NCBI GenBank assembly: GCA_031962025.1
Contig: JAVRKW010000009.1
Source: Pseudothermotoga sp.
Lineage (GTDB): Bacteria; Thermotogota; Thermotogae; Thermotogales; DSM-5069
Reading direction: 5' to 3' (one strand)
DNA length: 64,000 bases
The notes under the pieces were generated by a model. The model worked only from the letters and a program-made list of their open reading frames with translations. It did not search any database and was not told where the DNA came from. Of this stretch, positions 45,053-56,844 are shown piece after piece; the first letter of the stretch is position 1, and every line of letters begins with the position of its first letter. The position numbers and the translations under genes were made by a program.

Positions 45053-45440
45053 AAATGTGTGAATTATTTTTTCAAAAACTTTCATACAGATTCAAAAACC
45101 ATTTTTCAAAAACTGCTGTAAATCTTTGTACCAGTTATACCTGTTGACAGCCTTAAAGCAATTCATAACCCATACCCTAAATCCTTTTTTCCAATCATAT
45201 TTACCAGTCTAAAATATCAAAACCAAACCAAAAACTTCTTCTTCTTCAAAAACATTAGACCTATCCCAATATACGTCCTACCTTTTACCAGGATCCCGGT
45301 TGGCGCCTCCCATTATATATTATACGAAATGTATAAAACTAACAGTTGAAAAAGATGCTTTTATATAGCCTATATTTGAACAAAAAGCGAATACTTTTTT
45401 GTCAAAAAGCCAGATATAGAACTTATGACTGACTCAGATA

Positions 45441-45470
45441 AAAACAAAGGGAGGGCGGGTGCCCTCCCTT
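45441..45470 (-). terminator. groEL terminator
   Basis: AAGGGAGGGC-GGGT-GCCCTCCCTT with TGTTTTT on the minus strand. Confidence 0.8.
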
Positions 45471-45487
45471 AAATGGTTTTTCAAAAA

Positions 45488-47110
<1,623 letters not shown>

Positions 47111-47122
47111 TCATTCCTCCCT

Positions 47123-47392
47123 TCACTCTTCGATCTTTGCAAGAATATCATTCGCATCAATAATGATGTAATCAACGTCATCAATCTTGATTTCTGTTCC
47201 GGCATACTTTGAGAAAATCACCTTGTCTCCAGCCTTCACATCGATATTTTCAACCTTTTCCCCAACAGCGATTACCTCGGCTTTCATGGGTTTTTCCTTT
47301 GCCGAATCAGGTAAGACTATACCTCCCTCGGTTCTTTTTTCCTCTTTCAAGGGTTTGATCAAAAGCCTCTCGCCAAGTGGTGTAACTTTCAT
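47123..47392 (-). CDS. groS: Co-chaperonin GroES
   Basis: [29 protein letters not shown]. Confidence 0.98.
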   Translation of the reverse strand: MKVTPLGERLLIKPLKEEKRTEGGIVLPDSAKEKPMKAEVIAVGEKVENIDVKAGDKVIFSKYAGTEIKIDDVDYIIIDANDILAKIEE

Positions 47393-47421
47393 AAACCAGA
47401 CCTCCTTTCATTTTTTAAATC

Positions 47422-47448
47422 TTATCACTCTACCTTCTTGAGTGCTAA
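47422..47448 (-). promoter_or_regulatory. CIRCE element (HrcA operator)
   Basis: TTATCACTC-N9-GAGTGCTAA, one mismatch to consensus, directly downstream of a TGCTATAAT extended -10 on the minus strand. Confidence 0.9.
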
Positions 47449-47648
47449 TTATAGCATACACCACTCTGGACAACTAATCAAGTGTCATTTTTTGTAGTTA
47501 TTGCAAAATAATTCCAACTACAGGAGATTAATCACAATAAAATGGCAAATTAAAGCCATTATCTAATTAGATCACCTGTTTTTATCGATAAAACTCAAGA
47601 GGTTGAATCCATTCATGGTAGAATTTTGCTGATCAGGAGGGATAACAA

Positions 47649-48509
47649 ATGAACAAGAGTCTGATAATCAGAGAATACATATTTGCAACCTTCGGCGTGA
47701 TAATAACAGCCGTAGGTCTTGTGGCATTTTTGATACCAAACAACATAGCCGCGGGTGGTGCAAGTGGACTTGCCATGGTTTTGAATGGTCTGATAAAATT
47801 GCCTGTCGGTATATGGATGTACATAATAAATGGTCTTTTGTTTTTAATCGCCTTTTTGACCATTGGTTTTGATTTCAGTGTGAAAACCATATACTGCACC
47901 TTTTTGATAACCTTCCTTGTCGATCTTTTCGATAGATTCATCAAGATACCAAAATACATCGCTGGAGATATGATGCTTGCAGTTTTCTTTGGAGATGTTC
48001 TCACCGCAATTGGAATGGCAATCACTTTCACCCAAAATGCCTCTACAGGTGGAACAGATATAATTGCCAGAATACTGAACAGATACTACGCAGCGTCGAT
48101 GGGAACAACCCTGTTGATTGTTGATCTCATCATCGGTGTCCTTGCTGGTCTGACATTTGGAGCAAGAACAGGTATGTACGCGATTTTAGCCATCATAATA
48201 AACGGCATGACAATCGATTTTGTGATGAAAGGAATCGAGACTTCAACGCAGGTGATAGTGATATCAGACAAAAACGAACAAATAGCTGACTTTGTCCTCA
48301 ATCAACTCAAAAGGGGAGCCACATATCTGGAGGGTCACGGTGCCTACACTAAAAAGCACAAAAAAATATTACTCATAGTCTTGAGAAGAAGAGAACTCGG
48401 CGAACTCATTTCTTTTATCAGAAAAACCGACAAAAGTTCCTTCATAATAGTTAACGAGGCGCGCTACACTCTTGGTGAAGGTTTTCAGAACATCAGAAAT
48501 GTTTTTTAA
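47649..48509 (+). CDS. YitT family membrane protein (with C-terminal DUF2179)
   Basis: IAAGGASGLA, STGGTDI, RGAT...G.GAYT, D...F. Confidence 0.9.
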   Translation: MNKSLIIREYIFATFGVIITAVGLVAFLIPNNIAAGGASGLAMVLNGLIKLPVGIWMYIINGLLFLIAFLTIGFDFSVKTIYCTFLITFLVDLFDRFIKIPKYIAGDMMLAVFFGDVLTAIGMAITFTQNASTGGTDIIARILNRYYAASMGTTLLIVDLIIGVLAGLTFGARTGMYAILAIIINGMTIDFVMKGIETSTQVIVISDKNEQIADFVLNQLKRGATYLEGHGAYTKKHKKILLIVLRRRELGELISFIRKTDKSSFIIVNEARYTLGEGFQNIRNVF

Positions 48510-48617
48510 TGTACACTTCCAAAGTCTTCATCTTCAACAGGATGTAGATGAACTGTGTTCAGTCTGTATATATTAGAGTAGTTCATCGACATGTTATATT
48601 AAATGTGAGGTGATAGG

Positions 48618-48818
48618 TTGAGAACAGTTTCAAACGCTCTGTTTTTTATTGGTTCTGGCGCACTGTTGTTCGCCATCCTGAGCTTTGAGCTTGGTTTAAA
48701 AGCCATGAAAAACGACGAAAAGGAAAAGATGAAAGATCACAACAGACGAGGCTGGAAAGCTCTGTTTTTGTGTGGAATGATATACACGCTGTCTTTCATC
48801 ACGGCTTTGTTTGTCTGA
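48618..48818 (+). CDS. Small two-TM hypothetical membrane protein
   Basis: TTG start after GAGGTGA RBS; two hydrophobic segments. Confidence 0.6.
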   Translation: MRTVSNALFFIGSGALLFAILSFELGLKAMKNDEKEKMKDHNRRGWKALFLCGMIYTLSFITALFV

Positions 48819-49808
48819 GGTTCAAAAATACCTTTGAGATTAAAAAAGACCCGATAATGATAATTGCATAGTACGTGATGAACCTCCAGGTTATGACAGT
48901 AGCAACGACAACATCACGCGAGATCAGATTTTTGAACATCATGTAAAAGGCTCCCTCAATCCCGCCGAAGAGCCTGGTGTGGGCAAAAAATAAACAACCA
49001 TGGTCATTGTGAGTATCGCCGCTAAAAATTCAAGATAATTCACCTTTCTAAAACCAAAGCTCAGCATCAATGTGTATGGAACACTCATCGTCAAAAGTAT
49101 TTCCAGGCAGGTTAAAAGAACATTGAAAACCAAAAGCAACTTCGATGAAGTCCACAGATTTTTGAGCAGCTCAAAGTAACCCGATACAGAATCGATGGTT
49201 TTTTTAAAGACCACCTGAGTATCTTTCTTGGTCAAACGCGAAATCACCGCAGTCAAAAACTTTGAAGTGAAGATTTTCTGGGTGAAATTTTTCGAAAAAA
49301 TAAGGAGTATGAAAAACACGTAGACGGAACTGGTGAGTATCAATCCTGTGTAAACCAAAAAAGCCGAACCGTTGTCAGAAACAATTCTCTTACCTCTGAA
49401 AAGAATCAGAAAAAAAGAAGCCGTGATCATCAAAGTCAGCGATGTGATGAACTTCACACCGACCGCCATCGACGATCTTTCCACTGGTATGTTGTTTTTT
49501 ACCAGATGATATATCTGAAAAGGCTGACCGCCCGCTGAAAAAGGAGTTATGGCACTTGTGTAAAGACCGAGTACCGTGTTCTCAAGGCACAACAGGTAAC
49601 TGACCTTGATCCCATCGTGTGACAGTAAAATCTTTGTTCTCAACGCATCGATCAAGATGAAAACAAAATAAACAAGGCACGCAATCAGGAATATCCCAAA
49701 ATCAATAGATCTGAATGCTGCAAAAAGCGTGTCCCTGGCACCAAAAAGTGATATCAACCCGGTCATTCCCAAACTCAAAATGATACCCATCAAGATCTTT
49801 GTTCGCAC
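48799..49808 (-). pseudogene. Lysylphosphatidylglycerol-synthase TM (flippase-like) family gene, frameshifted
   Basis: TPFSAGGQP and PTPG motifs; frame breaks near 48965 and the conserved GGIEG...WRFITYY tail continues in another frame to TGA at 48799. Confidence 0.75.
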
Positions 49809-49913
49809 AGCGCATCACCTTTTTGCTTTATTACTTTACCACAATCTGTTATTTTTTCAATCTTCGTGATAAAATGTAGCTGAGTCGTACTATTGGAGGA
49901 TGGTGCTGTGAAC

Positions 49914-50921
49914 ATGAGGCGTGATCTTGGTATAGATCTTGGGACAGCAAATACACTTGTTTATGTCAAAGGAAAGGGAATAGTCATAAATGAACCATCT
50001 GTCGTGGCGATCAATGCAGACACGGGCGAAATTCTCAAAGTTGGAATGGAAGCAAAGATGATGCTTGGAAAAACACCAGCTTCGATAATAGCCCTGCGAC
50101 CATTGAGGGATGGTGTCATCGCCGATTACGATGTGGCTCTTTCGATGCTCAAGTACTTTATCGGCAAAACCAGACCCACAATGTCTTTTCTAAAACCAAG
50201 GGTTGTCATAGGAGTACCAATAGGAATAACCGATGTTGAAAAGCGCGCCATACTCGAAGCCGGGCTTGAAGCAGGTGCCTCAAAGGTTTTCCTGATAGAA
50301 GAACCCATGGCAAGTGCGATAGGCATAGATCTGGACGTTGAAGAGCCAAACGGGAATATGATCGTCGATATAGGCGGTGGAACAACGGAGGTTGCCGTGA
50401 TATCGCTTGGCAGTATTGTCGTCTGGGACTCAATAAGAATTGCGGGAGACGAGATGGATGAGGCAATAGTTCAGTACGTCAGAGAGACATACCGAATAGC
50501 AATAGGTGAGAGAACCGCTGAAAAGATAAAGATAGACATTGGAAATGTCTATCAAACCGAGGAATACGATGCGCTGGAAACATTGGTAACCGGTATTGAT
50601 CTTTCAACTGGATTACCCAGGAAAATCATTCTAAAAGGCGGAGAAGTCCGCGAAGCACTCATGGTACCAACCTCATCCATAATTGACAGTATAAAATCTA
50701 CCCTGGAAAAAACACCACCGGAGCTGGCAACAGACATCGTAGAACGTGGAATAGTTACAACAGGTGGCGGTTCTCTATTGAGAGGTATTGACAAATTGAT
50801 TGAGAGAGAAACTGGCATAAAGGTTGTCAGAGCAGAGGATCCCATGTCGTGCGTTGCAAGAGGTGCTGGTAAGGTTCTCGATAAGGTGGAAATACTGAAA
50901 AAGCTTCAGCAGGTGGACTGA
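49914..50921 (+). CDS. mreB: Rod shape-determining protein MreB
   Basis: [40 protein letters not shown]. Confidence 0.97.
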   Translation: MRRDLGIDLGTANTLVYVKGKGIVINEPSVVAINADTGEILKVGMEAKMMLGKTPASIIALRPLRDGVIADYDVALSMLKYFIGKTRPTMSFLKPRVVIGVPIGITDVEKRAILEAGLEAGASKVFLIEEPMASAIGIDLDVEEPNGNMIVDIGGGTTEVAVISLGSIVVWDSIRIAGDEMDEAIVQYVRETYRIAIGERTAEKIKIDIGNVYQTEEYDALETLVTGIDLSTGLPRKIILKGGEVREALMVPTSSIIDSIKSTLEKTPPELATDIVERGIVTTGGGSLLRGIDKLIERETGIKVVRAEDPMSCVARGAGKVLDKVEILKKLQQVD

Positions 50922-51581
50922 ATGCCCATCAAGAAAGTCAATCAAGTTGTTGCACTGTTTTTCATCTTTATATTGATCTTCGTGCTCGATGTGCTGTCTT
51001 TTCACCGCATGAGTTCTGTTCTGTGTTCATTTTTTCATCCACTGACTGTTGTACCTTTTAAAAGTAGAGTGCTTGCCATGCACATACTGGAAGGAATAAA
51101 AATTTCCTTAGCCAAAAACAACAGTGAAACCATTCCACCGCAGGCTCAGTCCCCCGAGCAAGGTCTTGCGGTGCTCGGTCTAAGAGAACAGTACATCGTG
51201 GTGGCTGGAGAGTCAAAACCGGGAGATATTGCCGTGGATCCTGTTAACAAATGCCTGGTTGGAATTGTTAGAAAATCCGATAAGCAAATAAGCTGGGTTG
51301 AATCGATATTCTCCCCACAGGTGGTTGTGCAGGTCACAGTTGAATCGTCCACGTTAAAGGTGGATGGAGAACTTTTTTTCGGGAACAGGCTCCGAATATA
51401 CGAAAATATCGATGTCACAGGCTTTGAAGTGAAAGTTTCTGATGTGTTCACATGCGGAACTCTTTTGAGAAGTTTGGGATTTGAAAAACTCGGAATGGTC
51501 ATCGACAAAGACGGACCATACTACGTGGTTGACAACCATTTCATTGTCCCGAATCGTCTTGAGATTTTTCCTGGGTATTGA
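50922..51581 (+). CDS. Divergent MreC-like membrane-anchored protein
   Basis: Immediately after mreB; N-terminal TM and LVG.V...S.V beta-rich region. Confidence 0.5.
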   Translation: MPIKKVNQVVALFFIFILIFVLDVLSFHRMSSVLCSFFHPLTVVPFKSRVLAMHILEGIKISLAKNNSETIPPQAQSPEQGLAVLGLREQYIVVAGESKPGDIAVDPVNKCLVGIVRKSDKQISWVESIFSPQVVVQVTVESSTLKVDGELFFGNRLRIYENIDVTGFEVKVSDVFTCGTLLRSLGFEKLGMVIDKDGPYYVVDNHFIVPNRLEIFPGY

Positions 51582-52395
51582 TTATTTTGTTCATCAAATC
51601 CGACAGGAGCTTTGCGTCTTCCTCGTCGTAAGTCGTTTTTTCTTCGAGTTTTTTAAGAATTTCAAATGGGTCGTCCTGACTGATCAAATGAGTTTCTTGC
51701 TTTGGTTTTTCCTTTTCCTTTGAAAGAATCTCCTGAACTATTGAGTCAAGCTGTGTTTCAATTTCTTTGAACTTCTCATCTGATTCAACGGGAATTTCCT
51801 TTGAACCAGTTATCTGCTGAACGAGTTTTTCAACCTCACTTACACTGGTTTCAACTTTGGTCTCAATGTCAACTTTCTGTTCGACAGGTTTTGCTTTCTT
51901 TGTTCTCTTTTTCAAAAGGAACAGAACAAGGAAAGTCACAGAAAAACTAACGACAAAAACACCTATGATTAGTATCACGGGAGCACCTTTTGCCTTCAAG
52001 ACCTGTGTTGGAGTTGAAGTAGCTGTTATCTGGGGTATCTTCGATCTTATCCACACCATCCATTCCTCAGTTGGCTGAGCACCCTGATCAATCAGCGTCA
52101 AAATTTTTTCGGCAATCGGATTACTTTTTCTGTACTGCTCCAGATAAGCTTTTGCTCTTTGAAGATCTCCTATGGCAAAGGCACAGATACCCATCCTCAG
52201 CTTCAGCAGATTGTCGTAAGATTCCAGCGAAGGATCTATCTGCACCGCCTCTTCAAACCATTGAAGGGCTTGTTTGTAGTCTCCCGCAACATAAGCATTC
52301 AACGCAGAGACATAATATTGGTTTGATGCAAATAAACTAACAACAAAGATTATCTCAAAAACAACGATCAACTTTCCTCTTTTAAGGTAGTTCAT
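51541..52395 (-). CDS. TPR-containing single-pass membrane protein
   Basis: Signal-like N-terminus, TPR (AYVAGDYKQALQWFEEAV), TM helix, charged cytoplasmic coiled tail. Confidence 0.7.
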   Translation of the reverse strand: MNYLKRGKLIVVFEIIFVVSLFASNQYYVSALNAYVAGDYKQALQWFEEAVQIDPSLESYDNLLKLRMGICAFAIGDLQRAKAYLEQYRKSNPIAEKILTLIDQGAQPTEEWMVWIRSKIPQITATSTPTQVLKAKGAPVILIIGVFVVSFSVTFLVLFLLKKRTKKAKPVEQKVDIETKVETSVSEVEKLVQQITGSKEIPVESDEKFKEIETQLDSIVQEILSKEKEKPKQETHLISQDDPFEILKKLEEKTTYDEEDAKLLSDLMNKIINTQEKSQDDSGQ

Positions 52396-54727
52396 AAACT
52401 TCTATCCTCCTATCTACAAGTGCGTAAACCTCCTTCCCGACTGGTACGATTTTCTTGACCTTTCCATCGAATTTCTGTATTTCTTCCCTTAATATCATAT
52501 TCTTATGATCAAAGAAAAGAACCGAAGAACTCCCGCCGATCAACATGTATCTGTCGCTCTGGCTGACAAAAGCCGGATCTATCCATCCTTCAGCAGCAAC
52601 CAGTTGTTTTTTCGACAAAAGATCGAAGAAAACCACAGAATAACTCCTCAGTCCAAGGATGAGCAAATCGTCTTTTTTGATACAGCTTGTGAAATCTATC
52701 GATTTTCCTTTTATATTAATATCAGTAGAACTCACCAATTTTTTTATAACACCATCAGCCAGACTGTACACAGCTTCATTCGTCAGCAAAAGCGGGCTGT
52801 CACCATCCACAAACTTTGCGTATTCTCCAGACAGATCAGCTACTTTTTTCCAGTCTTTATCCCACTTGTAAAGAGTTAATCCTGCACCCTTTACTACTGA
52901 GAAAATTCCCAGATCACCTGCCAGAAAATCCACACAGTTTTCAAGAAGGTTCACACCGGAAATCTGAGATATATTATTACCATCGTATATTACTGCACTT
53001 TTGTTGCTGTAAAATCCAAGTTTGCCTGAAATTACATGTGCAAACTGAATATCCCCGCGGTAAAAGACCTTCCCATTCAGATCGTACAGTCCACTACTGA
53101 GCTGAATCAAAATCTTCGAGCCAGTCCGAAAGATGTCAATCGCTTGCTGATTAAATGTTTTTGTCTTTTTCATCAATTGAGCTATTCTAAAAGAGTTCGG
53201 TACCTTGATCTGCCAAGCCTGAACCGATTTTGGAATAGTTTCTGTCTCACGTGCTCCAGCCACTCTCTCAGGATAAGTTTCCACTTTGTACTCAGGCACC
53301 TTCAAAGGCTGGTATTGTAGAAATTCTTTCAGTTTCTGCTGGAATTTCGGTGCAAGATAACAGTCGAAAAACGAGCCGTCTGATTCAAAAAGTTCGACTC
53401 CATCTATTGACGCACTTTGTTTTGTCACAACACCATCTGAGCCGATTGCCAGTTCAGGATAAAAACTCTCAAGCACAGTACCTTTCAAATTTATGGACAT
53501 TGGCGGTCTATTCCCAACCACACACAGATATCTCACATCTTTACGCGGTGATCCAAGCAAACCAAGCAATTTTGAAGACGGCAAAATCTCAGTGTACAGC
53601 GGACCAACAGATTCAAGGTAAAACAAAAGATGTGATTTCACCGAATCAATTGTTGATTTGTCTGTGCCAAAATTGTTGGCAATCAACTCCGATGGTTTAC
53701 CAAAAAGCAATGTCCCAAAGTAGATCGGGTTCACAACATTGGTACCTTTGTTTGGAGTGCTTATCAAGACAACTGTCCTGACATTTTTTATTTCAGGGTG
53801 CCTTTCCAGTGCAAGACGAGCTATTAAACCTCCCATCCCGTGTGCAACGATATCGAATTCCAGAGATTTCAGTCTGAGAAGTTCTGCCGACAATTTCTCT
53901 GCTTCATAGAGTAAAAAGCTTTTTATTTCACTGATTATTGAAAACTGTTTGAAACCATTCATGTAGGACTTTGATTTCGTTTCAACTACTGGATATTCAT
54001 AGTACATGATCGTTCTATTTGGAAAAAGTTCACTCCAGACATTGATTTCCTGCTTGAGTGTGCTTGGAACAAAACCAAGAAAACTTCTATCAACATCTGG
54101 TATGAGCATTAAAACTGGCTCTACGCTCTTTGAATTTTCTTTAATCAACTGCAGACCGAGCTTTTGTTTTTGCGGCACACTTGCAACTATACCGATTGTC
54201 GAAGTGTGAAAGGCTTCCACCTCGATGTAAGCTCCAAGATCATCCACATCTATGTAAGCTCCACCAAAGGTTTTGTAAATTGGTTCTGAGATATTCGGAA
54301 TGTACGCCAACCTGATATTGGCATACTCCTCACCAAGGTACAGATTCTTCGGCAGCCGGTAGCGGATCAGGATTGGTTTCATAGCGAATTCTTCGATTTT
54401 ATCAACCGGAGAAACATCGTACACGTCCGAGACAAACACCGAAGTAAGCTGGTATGGAAGGTCCGAAGAAGATATTTTTTTAATCTCAAAAGACTTTGGA
54501 CGGTTGTATGCGCCTTCAGGTACTGAAATATTCAAAGCTTGTGTCACGATACTCGCACTTTTTTCAGGATTTGCCACAAAGGTTTTCCTGAAGATTCTCA
54601 ATCCCAAAAAGACAATCGATACAACCAGAGCAGAACCAACAACGATGAACAAAATCAATTTCTTTTTCAGAACAGATTTGAAGAGTTCAAAAATCTTTTC
54701 CACAGATCTCACTCTCTCAGCCGGCAA
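52382..54727 (-). CDS. Membrane-anchored multidomain protein with an alpha/beta-hydrolase (PGAP1-like) fold
   Basis: N-terminal TM; DIVAHGMGGLIAR, ISTPNKGT, SDGVV motifs; beta-rich C-terminal domain. Confidence 0.7.
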   Translation of the reverse strand: MPAERVRSVEKIFELFKSVLKKKLILFIVVGSALVVSIVFLGLRIFRKTFVANPEKSASIVTQALNISVPEGAYNRPKSFEIKKISSSDLPYQLTSVFVSDVYDVSPVDKIEEFAMKPILIRYRLPKNLYLGEEYANIRLAYIPNISEPIYKTFGGAYIDVDDLGAYIEVEAFHTSTIGIVASVPQKQKLGLQLIKENSKSVEPVLMLIPDVDRSFLGFVPSTLKQEINVWSELFPNRTIMYYEYPVVETKSKSYMNGFKQFSIISEIKSFLLYEAEKLSAELLRLKSLEFDIVAHGMGGLIARLALERHPEIKNVRTVVLISTPNKGTNVVNPIYFGTLLFGKPSELIANNFGTDKSTIDSVKSHLLFYLESVGPLYTEILPSSKLLGLLGSPRKDVRYLCVVGNRPPMSINLKGTVLESFYPELAIGSDGVVTKQSASIDGVELFESDGSFFDCYLAPKFQQKLKEFLQYQPLKVPEYKVETYPERVAGARETETIPKSVQAWQIKVPNSFRIAQLMKKTKTFNQQAIDIFRTGSKILIQLSSGLYDLNGKVFYRGDIQFAHVISGKLGFYSNKSAVIYDGNNISQISGVNLLENCVDFLAGDLGIFSVVKGAGLTLYKWDKDWKKVADLSGEYAKFVDGDSPLLLTNEAVYSLADGVIKKLVSSTDINIKGKSIDFTSCIKKDDLLILGLRSYSVVFFDLLSKKQLVAAEGWIDPAFVSQSDRYMLIGGSSSVLFFDHKNMILREEIQKFDGKVKKIVPVGKEVYALVDRRIEVYELP

Positions 54728-55547
54728 AAGATTTCAAAAAATCGACCGTTCTGTTCATTCCAAATTCATTGAATCTGTTCACGATTCCCTCTAATAACTT
54801 ATCGGCAAAGTTCTGAGCTTTCTGAATCCCGACGATACTCACCACCGTTGGTTTTCCAAGTATCTTGTCCCTTCCCACTGTCTTGCCGGCTGCCTTCTCA
54901 TCCATTAGAGCATCCTTCAAATCATCAACCACCTGAAACCATATACCGAGCACAGAACCGAGTTTAGAAAATCTGTCTATCAACTGATGCTTTTTGCAAA
55001 GTATGGCACCAGAGGCGATGCAGAACGAGAACAGACTGCCGGTTTTCTTAGAGTACATCTTCAACACTTCGCTCAGTCTTTGATTTTTTCCGGTGTACTC
55101 GACATCAAGGGCTTCACCGACCAGCACTTCATAGGTCGATTTTGAAAATTCCCTGAATAGAACTGTCTTTATCTGTGGATCAGCCGGCGACTGGCTCAGC
55201 ACTTCAAAAGACTTGAGCATCAAGCCATCCCCGGCGAGTATCGCAAAGTCGTTTCCGTAGACCACATGACAGGACGGCTTGCCGCGCCTGAGAGGAGAGT
55301 CGTCTATCTGCGGAAGATCATCGTGAATCAGTGAAGCAGTGTGGAAAAGTTCGATTGCAAGTGCTGGATGCCATACTAAATCTAAATCTACCATCATATC
55401 TTCGCAGACGGTTTTTATCAAAAGCGGTCTGATTCGTTTGCCAGCAGAGAGCAGGCTATAATTCATAGCCTCTTCGACTTTGCTTGATACTGTAATCAGG
55501 CGCTGTAATTTTTCATTGAAGATTGAAAGAAACTCTTCATTCCTCAT
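54717..55547 (-). CDS. ispA: Polyprenyl synthetase (geranyltranstransferase)
   Basis: GKRIRP, SLIHDDLP.IDD...RRGKP, AILAGD, KT, FQVVDD. Confidence 0.92.
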   Translation of the reverse strand: MRNEEFLSIFNEKLQRLITVSSKVEEAMNYSLLSAGKRIRPLLIKTVCEDMMVDLDLVWHPALAIELFHTASLIHDDLPQIDDSPLRRGKPSCHVVYGNDFAILAGDGLMLKSFEVLSQSPADPQIKTVLFREFSKSTYEVLVGEALDVEYTGKNQRLSEVLKMYSKKTGSLFSFCIASGAILCKKHQLIDRFSKLGSVLGIWFQVVDDLKDALMDEKAAGKTVGRDKILGKPTVVSIVGIQKAQNFADKLLEGIVNRFNEFGMNRTVDFLKSFAG

Positions 55548-56088
55548 CTTCTTGATCCTGAGGCTCATCCCTGAGCATCTGCCTGAATTTGTCTATATCC
55601 AGATTTTCGACGAATTTTTTGAATTCTTCATCTGATGTGTCTTCAGGTATTTGCAGATCAATTGCGTGTTCTTCGACTATTTCATTGCTCACATAAAGAG
55701 GTATACCTTTTTTCACAGCGAGCACTATTGAATCAGACGGTCTTGCATCCATTTCGATCAAAGCATGCTCATCTGAACCTTCATCCTCTTCGCCTTCCAC
55801 GTAAGTCAAATCCCGTATCACAAGTGTTGCATAGTAAACGTTGTCTTTCACCGAGTGAATGATAGCTTTTTCAAGACGTGCATCGAGCGCCTCAAGGATA
55901 TTCACAATCAAATCGTGTGTCAAAGGTCTTGGAAAATCAAGACCTTCAAGGCTTATTGCAAGCGCGTTTGCTTCACAGGCTCCTATCCAGATGGGAACCA
56001 CCTTGTTAGTTCCTTCTACTCCCAGTATTACAACAGGAGAATTGTGCACTTTGTCCAGAACCAGTGCTTTGATCCAGGCTCTTCTCAT
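55537..56088 (-). CDS. Bifunctional nuclease family protein (DUF151)
   Basis: PIWIG..EA.A, RPLTHDL, DARPSD.I.LA. Confidence 0.92.
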   Translation of the reverse strand: MRRAWIKALVLDKVHNSPVVILGVEGTNKVVPIWIGACEANALAISLEGLDFPRPLTHDLIVNILEALDARLEKAIIHSVKDNVYYATLVIRDLTYVEGEEDEGSDEHALIEMDARPSDSIVLAVKKGIPLYVSNEIVEEHAIDLQIPEDTSDEEFKKFVENLDIDKFRQMLRDEPQDQEDEE

Positions 56089-56828
56089 TTCAGATCACCT
56101 CCAGCAGTTTTAAGCCTCTCAACCCCAAGCCGCACGATTTGTTCTACTCTCTGAGCCAGTTCTTCTTCATTGGAGAAATCTTTTGGATCAATCGGCGGAT
56201 GGATTATCATCGATACAGGACCGGGGTTTAAAAAGAGGCTACGCTTTGGCACCAGAAATATTGTACCCCAAATTGAGACAGGTAACACCTTGACATTGAG
56301 TTTTTTTGCTATCTTGAAAACAGCGGTTTTGAACTTTCCAACGGTTCCATCAACAGATCGAGTGCCTTCAGGAAAAACAAGCAAAGAGCTCCCGGATGAC
56401 AATGTTTTGACCATCTTCTTGATCACCCGCGCTCCCTCAGCCGGATTATCCCGATCCAAGAAAAATCCTCCCATGTACCTGACAAACCAGTTGATACCCG
56501 GTACCTTCGAGAGCTCTTTTTTGGCAACCATGGGCATTGGACCTACATAACCGAGTATCAAAGGTATGTCCATCAAACTCTGGTGATTTGCCACGACAAG
56601 ACAATTTTTGCAGACATTCTCTTCGCCAAACACGGTCGTCGGTGAAAACATCCATCTGAAAGCGTTCCTGCCAAAAATCTTGATTTGTCCATCGACGAAA
56701 TTTCTTGCCTTGGATTTTCCAAAAAAGAGCCGAATGATCAATCCAATGAAAAGAACAACAGTTCCATAAACAATGATATACAAAACAGCCGCCACAAGAA
56801 AATAAATTGTCACCAGAATTCTCTTCAT
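56085..56828 (-). CDS. plsC: 1-acyl-sn-glycerol-3-phosphate acyltransferase
   Basis: NHQSLMD, AKKEL, LDR, FPEGTRS. Confidence 0.92.
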   Translation of the reverse strand: MKRILVTIYFLVAAVLYIIVYGTVVLFIGLIIRLFFGKSKARNFVDGQIKIFGRNAFRWMFSPTTVFGEENVCKNCLVVANHQSLMDIPLILGYVGPMPMVAKKELSKVPGINWFVRYMGGFFLDRDNPAEGARVIKKMVKTLSSGSSLLVFPEGTRSVDGTVGKFKTAVFKIAKKLNVKVLPVSIWGTIFLVPKRSLFLNPGPVSMIIHPPIDPKDFSNEEELAQRVEQIVRLGVERLKTAGGDLK

Positions 56829-56844
56829 CTTAACACCACCAAGA

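Noticed and set aside
45076..45313. Stop-codon read-through ORF in the groEL-ffs gap
   Set aside because: Several in-frame stops and no recognisable protein motif
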